Assembly (NCBI GenBank): GCA_964458665.1
Contig: CAYWOO010000110.1
Span: 1 to 62,775 of the forward strand
Source: an uncultured Dehalococcoidia bacterium
GTDB taxonomy: Bacteria > Chloroflexota > Dehalococcoidia > DSTF01 > JACRBR01
DNA: 62,775 nucleotides
Direction of reading: 5' to 3'
The position numbers were made by a program, and so were the translations under genes. This document shows positions 28,861 through 39,183 of the stretch, one piece after another. The notes beneath the pieces were generated by a model. The model ran no database searches. It was not told the origin of the DNA and was given only the letters and a program-made list of their open reading frames with translations. Within the stretch, counting starts at the first letter, position 1. Each line of letters opens with the position of its first letter.

Positions 28861-29002
28861 TCACGGCTTCTTCTTTGAGCGACTTTCTTTGACCGGAGCG
28901 CGGGGCGGAGCTGAAGCTCTGCGGGTATTTCTTGTGGTTTCTGGCACGGGTTTGGTCGCGTTCCCGGCGTTTGCTGGATCGGGCTTGGCGCTGTTTTTGT
29001 AT

Positions 29003-29026
29003 AAAAGTGCATTTTAAGTCGCTTTT
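29003..29026. promoter_or_regulatory. Imperfect palindrome AAAAGTGCATTTTAAGTCGCTTTT, candidate SufR operator
   Basis: AT-rich dyad about 40 bp upstream of the suf operon regulator. Confidence 0.4.
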
Positions 29027-29067
29027 CGCTTGATACTGCGCTTCGGCCGATCTAGGATCGAAGAGCA

Positions 29068-29706
29068 ATGAAGTCGACACGAGACCTGATGCGCGATGTG
29101 CTCGCCGTTCGCGGCGAAGCTACGGTTGCCGATATTTCCGGCGATCTGGGCCTGAACCAGGCGAATATCCGCCGCCACCTTGAGGTGATGCGGGCGGAGG
29201 GTTTAGTGGACATAACGATACGGCGGCACGAGATCGGGCGGCCTTCGTATGTCTACAAGCTGACGGAGCTGGCCGAGGAGATGAGTTCGCACTACCCGCG
29301 GCTTGTCGACCGGATGGTGAAGCGCCTCGCGTCGCAGCCGGACTCAGCGCCGCTGCTGATCGAGCTGTTCAACGGCGTTGCGGAAGACGTGGCGGTGGCA
29401 CACCGGCAGCAGGTGACGGGCCTGACGCTCGGCCAGCGGGTCGCGGAGACGAGCGCGGCACTCAAGGAAGAGGGCATCGTCGACCACTGGCGGAAGGACG
29501 ACGACGGCTTTCACCTGATGAACACGACGTGCCCGTACCGCAAAGCGGCGGAGGCGTCCGATGCGCCGTGCAACGCGGATCACAAGGTCGTCGAGTCGCT
29601 CATTGGTGTGCCGGTGGAGCAGGTGAGCCGCATCGTCGACGGTCACCACATGTGCGAATACGTGGTCCGCGACGTTGAGCAGCGTGTCGAAGTCGAATCG
29701 AAGTAG
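29068..29706 (+). CDS. sufR: SufR-like Fe-S cluster transcriptional regulator
   Basis: N-terminal HTH (IRRHLEVM...GRPSYVY), C-terminal CPY...C...C ligands, first gene of the suf operon. Confidence 0.8.
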   Translation: MKSTRDLMRDVLAVRGEATVADISGDLGLNQANIRRHLEVMRAEGLVDITIRRHEIGRPSYVYKLTELAEEMSSHYPRLVDRMVKRLASQPDSAPLLIELFNGVAEDVAVAHRQQVTGLTLGQRVAETSAALKEEGIVDHWRKDDDGFHLMNTTCPYRKAAEASDAPCNADHKVVESLIGVPVEQVSRIVDGHHMCEYVVRDVEQRVEVESK

Positions 29707-29758
29707 ATGGAGCGGGCGCCTTCGGGCGCCACGCAGGTATCGAGAGAGAAGAGGACGG

Positions 29759-30541
29759 ATGGCGGACGGAGTACTGTTGAAGATCAGCGGCCTGAAGGTC
29801 GCCGTGGACGGAAAGCAGATCCTGAACGGCGTTGACCTGGTGGTGAATCGCGGCGAAGTGCACGCGATCATGGGGCCGAACGGCTCGGGCAAGAGCACAC
29901 TGGCGAATGCGCTGATGGGGCACCCGAAGTACGCGATCACGGAAGGTACGGTGCTGTTCAAGGGGCAGGACATCCTGGGACTCTCGCCCGACAAGCGCGC
30001 GCAGAGCGGGATGTTCCTAGCGTTTCAGTACCCGACGAGCATCCCCGGCGTGACGATGGTGAATTTCCTGCGCCAGGCGATGAAGGCCGTGCGGGGCGAA
30101 GATGTGCCGGTGCGCGAGTTTCGCGAGAAGCTGCTGGCGACGATGAAGCTGCTGAAGATGGACGAGCAGTTCGCCAGGCGCTACGTCAACGAAGGTTTCT
30201 CGGGTGGCGAGAAGAAGCGCGCCGAGATCCTCCAGATGGGCATCCTCGACCCGGACCTGGCGATCATGGACGAGACCGACTCAGGGCTAGACATCGACGC
30301 GCTCCGGACGGTGGCCGAAGGCATCAACGCGCTGACATCGCCGAAGCTGGGCATCGTGCTGATCACGCACTACCAGCGGCTGCTGAACTACATCACTCCG
30401 CAGTTCGTCCACATCCTGTATCAGGGACGGATCATTCAGTCGGGCGGCGCCGAGCTGGCGTTGCAGCTTGAAGATGAGGGATACGATCCCGTCATCGCGA
30501 AGTATGGCCCCGCGCTGGCGGCGGCCGGAGGGAAGGCGTAG
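29759..30541 (+). CDS. sufC: Fe-S assembly ATPase SufC
   Basis: [39 protein letters not shown]. Confidence 0.97.
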   Translation: MADGVLLKISGLKVAVDGKQILNGVDLVVNRGEVHAIMGPNGSGKSTLANALMGHPKYAITEGTVLFKGQDILGLSPDKRAQSGMFLAFQYPTSIPGVTMVNFLRQAMKAVRGEDVPVREFREKLLATMKLLKMDEQFARRYVNEGFSGGEKKRAEILQMGILDPDLAIMDETDSGLDIDALRTVAEGINALTSPKLGIVLITHYQRLLNYITPQFVHILYQGRIIQSGGAELALQLEDEGYDPVIAKYGPALAAAGGKA

Positions 30542-30543
30542 CT

Positions 30544-32040
<1,497 letters not shown>

Positions 32041-32251
32041 GTTGGTTTGGAAGCGAGCACCTCACCCCGGCCTATCGGCCACCCCTCTCCGCCCGGAGGA
32101 GAGGGGATTGGATGGGTGAGTTGGTTTGGAAGCGAGCACCTCACCCCGGCCTTCGGCCACCCCTCTCCACGACGTGGAGAGGGGATTGGATGGTGGGTTG
32201 GTTTGGAAATCCGAGCTTGTTGGGCGCTGATTGATGCGCCCGGAGAAGTAG

Positions 32252-33643
32252 ATGACAGAGACAGTGATTAAGTCTGGATTGCCGTCCGTTGGTGAGGCCG
32301 ACGTTGATGCGCTGATCGCTCGGACGGATGCGGCGCCGTGGTTGGCGGAGCGTCGGCGGACGGCGTGGCGCACGTATGTGGCGATGGATCTGCCGGATCC
32401 GGGCGACGAGGAGTGGCGCCGTACGGACGTGCGGGCGATGCGCTTCGACGGCGGTCGGTTGGCGATGGCGGCGACGCCGTCCGCAAGTGATTCGGCGGCG
32501 CGCGACGGTGCGCTGGCGGGACAGATCGTGCAGCGCGATGCGGATGTGGTGGCGGTGCAGCTCGATCCGGAACTGGCTGCGCGCGGTGTCATTTTGTGCG
32601 ATCTGCACACGGCGGCGCGCGAGCACGAGGAGTTGTTGAAGCGCTATCTGTCCGAGGCGGTGCGGCCGAGCGAATGGAAGTTCGTGGCGCTGAACGCGGC
32701 GCTGTGGTCGGGCGGCTGCTTTCTGTACGTGCCGAAGGGCGTGGAGGTCGCGCTGCCGGTGCAGCTTTCGACGAGCCTGTCGGCCGATGGGCTGGCGGCG
32801 TTCCCGCACACGATCATTGTTGCGGAAGCGAACAGCCGGGTGACGTTCATCGACGAGACGCAGTCGCCGAACGGCGGCCCCCTCTCCCCCCAACCCCCTC
32901 TCCCACACGGGGAGAAGGGGAGTGGTGGTTTCGTCAGCGGCGCTGTCGAGATCTATGCCGGCGACGGCGCGAAGGTCGACTACTACTCGATTAATCGCTG
33001 GGGTACGGGCGTCAACAACTTCAACACCGTGCGCGCGATGTTGGGGCGCGATGCGGAAGTACTTGCTATGGCCGCGGGGATCGGCAGCAAGGTGACGAAG
33101 ATGCGCATCGATGCGGAGATGCCGCAGGCGGGGGCGCGGGTGACGCTGCTCGGCGTGACGTTCGGTGACGGCGTGCAGCACTTCGACTACAACACGCTAC
33201 AGAACCATGTCGGCAAGAGCACGATCAGCGACCTGCAGTTCAAGTCGGCGCTGACGGATAGCGCTTCGCTCGTGTGGTACGGCATCACGCGCATCAACGA
33301 GACCGCTGGCGGCAGCGAGGCGAACCAGACTTCGCGCAACCTGCTGCTGAGCGAGCACGCGAAGGCGTCGCCGATCCCGATTCTGGAGATCAAGGCGCAC
33401 GACGTGTCGAAGTGCAGCCACGGCGCGACGGCGGGGCCGGTCGACGAGAACGAGTTGTTCTATCTGGAGGCGCGCGCCATCCCGCGCGTCGTTGCCGAAC
33501 GCATGCTCGTCGAAGGTTACTTCGCCAGCGTCGTGGACCGCATCCCGAACGCCGCGCTGCGTCCGCGCATCATGACAGCGATGCTCGCCAAGGCGGGCGG
33601 CGGCTCCGGCACGCTCACGTACGACGAGGTGATCGCGGGGTAG
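32252..33643 (+). CDS. sufD: Fe-S assembly protein SufD
   Basis: EEWRRTD, FVALNAALWSGG, ILEIKAHDVSKCSHGATAG. Confidence 0.95.
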   Translation: MTETVIKSGLPSVGEADVDALIARTDAAPWLAERRRTAWRTYVAMDLPDPGDEEWRRTDVRAMRFDGGRLAMAATPSASDSAARDGALAGQIVQRDADVVAVQLDPELAARGVILCDLHTAAREHEELLKRYLSEAVRPSEWKFVALNAALWSGGCFLYVPKGVEVALPVQLSTSLSADGLAAFPHTIIVAEANSRVTFIDETQSPNGGPLSPQPPLPHGEKGSGGFVSGAVEIYAGDGAKVDYYSINRWGTGVNNFNTVRAMLGRDAEVLAMAAGIGSKVTKMRIDAEMPQAGARVTLLGVTFGDGVQHFDYNTLQNHVGKSTISDLQFKSALTDSASLVWYGITRINETAGGSEANQTSRNLLLSEHAKASPIPILEIKAHDVSKCSHGATAGPVDENELFYLEARAIPRVVAERMLVEGYFASVVDRIPNAALRPRIMTAMLAKAGGGSGTLTYDEVIAG

Positions 33644-33695
33644 CGCATGGAAGCGGGAAACGAGATGCGGGAAACGGGATCGGTCGGGTAGTTCA

Positions 33696-34004
33696 GTGGG
33701 TTTTGAGAGCGTCGCGAAGGTTAGTGATACGACGCCGGGCACGATTAGCGTGCACGAGGTGGGTGGCGTGCGGATTGCACTGTGCAATGTCAACGGGCGG
33801 TTCTACGCGATCGACGACGTGTGCACGCACGATGGCGGGCCGCTCGATCAGGGCGAACTCGACGGCGAGCAGGTCGAGTGTCCGCGGCACGGCGCGAAGT
33901 TCGACGTGACGACGGGGCGCGCGACGGTGCTGCCGGCGGTGCGGCCGGTGAAGACGTATCGGGTTGAGGTGGATGGGGACGACGTGAAGGTGGACGTGGG
34001 GTAG
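33696..34004 (+). CDS. Rieske-type ferredoxin
   Basis: CTH...CPRHG Rieske motif. Confidence 0.95.
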   Translation: MGFESVAKVSDTTPGTISVHEVGGVRIALCNVNGRFYAIDDVCTHDGGPLDQGELDGEQVECPRHGAKFDVTTGRATVLPAVRPVKTYRVEVDGDDVKVDVG

Positions 34005-34093
34005 AAGGTCGTTCAGTCTCTCGGTCTTTCAGTCGCTCAAGACGACGGGTAGTGCTGAGAGACCGAACGACTGAACGACCGAGAGACCGGGAC

Positions 34094-35344
34094 ATGTACG
34101 ACATCGAGCAGATTCGCAGAGACTTCCCGATTCTTGACCGGCAGGTGCATGGCGTGCCGCTGGTGTATCTCGACAACGCTGCGACAACGCAGAAGCCGCG
34201 CCAGGTGATCGATGCGCTGGTGCATTATTACGAGCACTACAACGCGAACATCCATCGTGGGCTGCACACGCTGGCGGAAGAAGCGACGGCGGCGTACGAG
34301 GCGGCACGGCTGAAGGCAGGGCGCTTCATCAACGCCGAGTTTCCTGCTGAAGAGATCATCTTCACGCGCAACACGACCGAATCGATCAACGTCGTCTCGA
34401 ACGCGTGGGGGCGCAAGTTCCTCAAGCCGGGCGACGAGATCGTGTTCACGGCGATGGAGCATCACAGCAATTTGGTGCCGTGGCAGATGATCGCGCAGGC
34501 GACGGGCGCAGCACTGCGGTACATCGAAATCGACGACGATGGCAAGCTGATCTGGGACGACGTGCTGGCGAAGATCGGTGCGAAGACGAAGATCGTCGCG
34601 ATCACCCAGATGTCGAACGTGCTGGGGACGATCAATCCGATCAAAGAGATCGCCGCGATCGCGCACCGCTACGGCGCGGTTGTGCTGGTCGATGGCGCGC
34701 AGAGCGTGCCACACATGCCGGTCGACGTGCGCGACCTCGATTGCGACTTTCTGGCGTTCTCATCGCACAAGATGCTGGGGCCGACGGGCGTGGGTGTGTT
34801 GTACGGCAAGCGCGATCTGCTGAACGCGATGGATCCGTTTCTGGGCGGCGGCGAGATGATCATGAAGGTGTCGTACGAATCGAGCACGTACGCGGCGCTG
34901 CCGAACAAGTTCGAGGCTGGCACGCCGAACATCGCTGACGTCATCGCGTTTGGGGCGGCGATCGACTATCTCGAAGGCATCGGCATGAGCGCCGTGCGCG
35001 AGCACGAGATCGCGATCACGCAGTACGCGATCGATGCGCTGACGGCCGTCGAAGGCGTCACCGTGTATGGGCCGAAAGATGCGCACGACAAGGGCGGCGC
35101 AGTCACGTTCAACTACGGAGAGCTACATCCGCACGACCTGAGCCAGGTGCTGGACCAGCAGGGCATCGCGATCCGCGCGGGTCATCACTGCGCGCAGCCG
35201 CTGATGCGCCGCCTCGGCTGCGTCGCGACGGCGCGCGCCAGCTTTTACATTTACAACCGGAACGATGAAGTGGATGCGCTCGTCGATGGACTCGGCGCGG
35301 CAGACAGGATATTTGGACGTGCCCCAACCACAGCCCGAGCTTGA
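34094..35344 (+). CDS. sufS: Cysteine desulfurase SufS
   Basis: YLDNAATTQKP, SSHKMLGPTG, FEAGTP, RAGHHCAQP. Confidence 0.97.
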   Translation: MYDIEQIRRDFPILDRQVHGVPLVYLDNAATTQKPRQVIDALVHYYEHYNANIHRGLHTLAEEATAAYEAARLKAGRFINAEFPAEEIIFTRNTTESINVVSNAWGRKFLKPGDEIVFTAMEHHSNLVPWQMIAQATGAALRYIEIDDDGKLIWDDVLAKIGAKTKIVAITQMSNVLGTINPIKEIAAIAHRYGAVVLVDGAQSVPHMPVDVRDLDCDFLAFSSHKMLGPTGVGVLYGKRDLLNAMDPFLGGGEMIMKVSYESSTYAALPNKFEAGTPNIADVIAFGAAIDYLEGIGMSAVREHEIAITQYAIDALTAVEGVTVYGPKDAHDKGGAVTFNYGELHPHDLSQVLDQQGIAIRAGHHCAQPLMRRLGCVATARASFYIYNRNDEVDALVDGLGAADRIFGRAPTTARA

Positions 35345-35798
35345 GCTGGACGAGCTGTACCGCGAGCTGATCCTCGACCACTACAAGAGCCCGCGCCATC
35401 ACACGAAGCTGGCGCGCGCTGATGTTGTGGCTGAGGGCTATAACCCCGTCTGCGGTGATGAAGTCGAGATGCAGCTTGTGTTCAACGGCGAGACGCTGGC
35501 GGATATCGGCGTGATCGGGCGCGGGTGCTCGATCAGCCAGGCGTCGGGATCGATGATGTCGGATGTGGTGCAGGGCAAGGACATCGCGGAGATCCGCCGC
35601 TTGAGCGGCGAGTTCACGCGGATGATGACGGAGCCGGATGGCACGGTTCCGGACGATCTCGGTGACCTGGAAGCGCTGCAGGGAGCGGCGAAGTTCGCCG
35701 CCCGAGTGAAGTGCGCGACGCTCGCGTGGCACACTTTGGCCGATGGCATCGCACAGCACGAGAAGGGCGACGGTGTCGTACGGAGGGAAGAGTCGTGA
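35319..35798 (+). CDS. sufU: SufU sulfur-transfer protein
   Basis: LYRELILDHYKSP, NPVCGDE, GCSISQAS, RVKCATL. GTG start inferred. Confidence 0.92.
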   Translation: MPQPQPELELDELYRELILDHYKSPRHHTKLARADVVAEGYNPVCGDEVEMQLVFNGETLADIGVIGRGCSISQASGSMMSDVVQGKDIAEIRRLSGEFTRMMTEPDGTVPDDLGDLEALQGAAKFAARVKCATLAWHTLADGIAQHEKGDGVVRREES

Positions 35799-36268
35799 TA
35801 CCAGTCACGCGGCTGAATCATGCGGTGTTGTACGTGCAGGATCTCGATCGCTCTGTCGAGTTCTACACGACCGCATTCGGATTCGAAGAGATCGCGCGCG
35901 AGGGCGGTCAGATGGCGTTTCTCCGCGCGGCCGGCTCGACGAATCACCACGACCTCGGCCTGATGGCCGTCGGCCCGAGCGCGCCGCGGCCGCCGCGCGG
36001 ATCGACGGGGCTGTATCACCTGGCGTGGGAGGTTGCGGCGATCGAGGATCTGTCCGACGCGGCAGCGCAGCTCGCGAATCTCGACGCGCTTACTGGGCAG
36101 AGCGATCACGGCGCGACGAAATCGCTGTACGGGGCGGATCCCGTCGGCAACGAGTTCGAAGTGATGTGGATGGTACCGCGCGACGAGTGGGGCGAGTACG
36201 ACCGGCGCGCGGTTGTGGAGCCGCTGAATTTGCAGAAGGAGATCGCGAAGCGGCGCGCCGGCGAGTGA
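35795..36268 (+). CDS. VOC/glyoxalase family protein
   Basis: LNHAVLYV.D...S..FY, HHDLGL, GLYHLAWEV, SLYGADPVGNEFE. Confidence 0.9.
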   Translation: MIPVTRLNHAVLYVQDLDRSVEFYTTAFGFEEIAREGGQMAFLRAAGSTNHHDLGLMAVGPSAPRPPRGSTGLYHLAWEVAAIEDLSDAAAQLANLDALTGQSDHGATKSLYGADPVGNEFEVMWMVPRDEWGEYDRRAVVEPLNLQKEIAKRRAGE

Positions 36269-36310
36269 CGTGTGTTCGTCGTGGTGGACGTATCGAAGTA
36301 GCCAACCCGG

Positions 36311-36361
36311 ACGAGGTCCTTCTCTTCGCTCTGGATGACAGGGACACGCTCTGGATGACAA
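36311..36361 (-). repeat. TGTCATCC.GAGCGAAG-type REP-like element (two partial copies)
   Basis: CTCTGGATGACA occurs twice; the - strand translates as CHPERREGP. Confidence 0.6.
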
Positions 36362-36442
36362 GAACCAGGGCAGCGCTGATTTCGGGCGCTCCATCGGTTT
36401 GGAACGACCATTGAAACGAGAACAAGACAAGGAGACGATGCG

Positions 36443-36763
36443 ATGTCGGTGAAGGGTCTGCTTTCGGAAGAACTGGTGATGGAGCGGGTGAAGGACGTCT
36501 TCGACCCGGAGATCCATCTGAGCATCGTCGAGCTGGGTCTCGTGTACGGCGTCGAGATCACGGATGACGGCGTGGTGACGGTGGAGTACACGCTGACGAG
36601 TCCGGGGTGCCCGCTGGGCGCGGTGATCGACGGCCAGATCAAGGACGTGCTGATCGACCTGCCGGGCGTGAAGCAGGTCGTCGGCAAGCTGACGTTCTCG
36701 CCGCCGTGGGATCCGAAGACGATGGCGAGCGACGACGTGAAGATGCAGCTGGGGATCTGGTAG
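36443..36763 (+). CDS. DUF59 / SufT-like metal-sulfur cluster assembly factor
   Basis: VFDPEIHLSIVELGLVY, TLTSPGCP, FSPPWDP. Confidence 0.92.
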   Translation: MSVKGLLSEELVMERVKDVFDPEIHLSIVELGLVYGVEITDDGVVTVEYTLTSPGCPLGAVIDGQIKDVLIDLPGVKQVVGKLTFSPPWDPKTMASDDVKMQLGIW

Positions 36764-36926
36764 GCGGCAATCCGAGCAGCTGCAGAACTCCGGGCTCCGT
36801 TCGGCTCACGGCTGTTCGGAGCCTCGTGTTGTCCGCCGATTGTGATCCTGAAGTAGGTCGCGGATCGGCGCATGCCGCATACTGTCTCTGACCGCACGCG
36901 CAGTAGCGATCCAGGAGGCACCCCGC

Positions 36927-37943
36927 ATGATTGCCCCGCCGCACGGCCGCTCATCCGTATTATCTCGCATTGCTCTCGGGCTGCTTGTTGGCGCCGGGCT
37001 GATTGCTGCGTCCTGCACGCTTGTCGGGCAGGGACATCTGAACGTGGCCAACGACCTGAGCGGCATTGGCGCTGACAATACGATCTTCCGCGCTTTCGCG
37101 CCCGACACGGGGGACGTGTGGCCACCCGCCGGCTCGGTCAACATCTTCGTCCGCGGCGACGACTTCGGATCGCCGCCTTCCTATGGGATGAACGGCTATC
37201 TGTACCTCGCGCGCACCGATCTCGTCTGCCCGGAATCGGAGGGCGCGCCCGAGGCGTTTACATTGGCGGACGTCACGCTCGTCGGCATCGTGACCGTGAC
37301 GAACGGCAGCGTGAACCAGAACATCACTATGCTGGACAGCGTGGCGTCGCGGCAGTCGCACTTCGCGCTGATCGAGATCCCTGAGCTATCCGGGTATCCT
37401 GGTCTGCACCTGATCCATCGCTGCGGCGAGATCGCATGGACGGGCACGCCGCCTTCGGTCAGCATCGACCCGTGTACGACGCGGACCTCGCTAGACGGGT
37501 TGCCGCTGTCGTTCGGAAAGGCGTTCGCGCTGGATGCGACGACGAAATGGCAGTTCTGCTATGGTGGCGCGGCCGCCGGGAGCAACGAGAAGCTGCTGTT
37601 TGAGACCACGAACGGCGGTACGTCGTGGACGCTGATCAGCCGGACGACGGTGGGTAGCCCGCCGGCGGAGGCTGGCGTGGGGGAGCTGCCGAACGGCAAC
37701 GGCGTCAGCGCGCTCTACTTCCAGGATGCGATGAAGGGATGGCTGGGCTTGAGCAGCCCTGGCCACAACCTGCTGCGTTCGACCGACGGCGGGCACAACT
37801 GGTCGGAGGTGGTGGTGACGAGCCTGCCATCGGCGGTGGCGGTGGAGTCGATCACGTTCACGAGCGATCTGCACGGGACGTTCACGACGCACGACAACAC
37901 GTGGACGACGTCCGATGGCGGCGCGACGTGGTCGAAGACTTGA
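36927..37943 (+). CDS. Secreted/lipoprotein with C-terminal Asp-box (BNR) repeats
   Basis: Signal peptide with lipobox AASC; TTNGGTSW, STDGGHNW and TSDGGATW Asp-boxes. Confidence 0.75.
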   Translation: MIAPPHGRSSVLSRIALGLLVGAGLIAASCTLVGQGHLNVANDLSGIGADNTIFRAFAPDTGDVWPPAGSVNIFVRGDDFGSPPSYGMNGYLYLARTDLVCPESEGAPEAFTLADVTLVGIVTVTNGSVNQNITMLDSVASRQSHFALIEIPELSGYPGLHLIHRCGEIAWTGTPPSVSIDPCTTRTSLDGLPLSFGKAFALDATTKWQFCYGGAAAGSNEKLLFETTNGGTSWTLISRTTVGSPPAEAGVGELPNGNGVSALYFQDAMKGWLGLSSPGHNLLRSTDGGHNWSEVVVTSLPSAVAVESITFTSDLHGTFTTHDNTWTTSDGGATWSKT

Positions 37944-38172
37944 TCTTTTCACCACAGAGGCACAAGAGGCACAGAGGATTCGATTGAAGTCGGGTGAGGA
38001 TGGTCCCTGACGGTTGCGGGCGGGGCGCCCGCGCTCCATTCGCTTTGGGCGTCGCGGCGGATCGGGCACCTCACCCTCGCCACGGCGAGCAGCCCGGCTT
38101 CTTCGGGCACGCCTCTCCACGACGTGGAGAGGGATCAGCACGGCGGTAGTGCTGATTTCCGGGCGTTGATGT

Positions 38173-38748
38173 CTACCGGGTGGCTGGTCGGGTTTCGAGG
38201 ATGACGGTGCGGACGGCGCAATTCTCTAATGGGGTGAGGACGAAGGTGTCGATGGGCTTGCCGGCTAGGTAGTCGAGGGCGACGCTCATGCAGCCGCCGT
38301 GGGTGACGAGGATCAGTTCGCGCGCGGGCGGTGACTCGCGCAGCGCGTCGAGAAAGCGCGCGACGCGCTTGTGGACGTCGGTCCAGCTCTCGCCCTGGTC
38401 GATGCGGAAGTGCGGGTCGCGCCAAAGCGCGATCGTCTCCTCGCCGATGTCGGCGTAGAGTTGGCCGCGGGCGTACCCGAAGTTTCGCTCGCGTAGCGCA
38501 GGCTCCTCGATGATGGGCAGAGCCAAGCGTTCCGAGATGGCGGCGGCGGTCTCCATCGTGCGGGCGTAGTCGCTAGCGAGGATCGCTTCGGCGCGCGTCG
38601 TCTCCAGCAGCGTCGCCGCGACGGCGATCGCTTGGGCGCGTCCAGCATCGCTCAGGGGTACGTCTGGTGTCTGGAATCGCCGCTCGGCGTTGCCGGGCGT
38701 TTCGCCGTGGCGCACGAAGTGGAGGGTGAGGGTGTCGCGCGTGGCCAT
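38173..38748 (-). CDS. Histidine phosphatase (phosphoglycerate mutase family)
   Basis: RHGET, LRERNFG, VTHGG. Confidence 0.92.
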   Translation of the reverse strand: MATRDTLTLHFVRHGETPGNAERRFQTPDVPLSDAGRAQAIAVAATLLETTRAEAILASDYARTMETAAAISERLALPIIEEPALRERNFGYARGQLYADIGEETIALWRDPHFRIDQGESWTDVHKRVARFLDALRESPPARELILVTHGGCMSVALDYLAGKPIDTFVLTPLENCAVRTVILETRPATR

Positions 38749-38998
38749 GTGCGCCACGATAGCCGCGGAGCCCGATGGAGACAACCTAACGACCGAGGAA
38801 GCAACTGCGGGTCTGATCGCCTCTTCGCAATACTTGTCAAATATGTTTCGCTGGGGTACGATCGTCCAATCCCATGTGGGAGCGTGCTTCTGCGCTCGCG
38901 GCTACTACCGCGCACGCTGGAGTGAGCGGGGTCGCTGTGGCGACCTCGTTGCGTTTTCCTTGGGAATCCACGTTCGGGCGGCACCTCGTGACAGCGAT

Positions 38999-39014
38999 TG
39001 TGAATTATGTTACA
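38999..39014. promoter_or_regulatory. CRP/FNR-family-like box TGTGA-N6-TTACA upstream of gltB
   Basis: One mismatch from the CRP consensus and from the NtcA consensus; overlaps a TACAAT -10-like hexamer at 39011-39016. Confidence 0.45.
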
Positions 39015-39183
39015 ATTGGCGACTTCGAGGCACCTAGCAGGTATTGACGTGAACGTTCCGCTTCATGCGCCCGACCACCAACGGGACGCTCGTGGCACCG
39101 GCTTCGCCACCGGTATCGCCACCAAGCTGTGGCTGGCGCGCGGCCGCGGACCTGGGCGCCCGCAGCGCGGGAAGCGGGGCACC

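Noticed and set aside
39007-39183. N-terminal extension of GltB from the ORF track
   Set aside because: No similarity to GltB, and it overlaps the promoter; GTG 39184 fits better.
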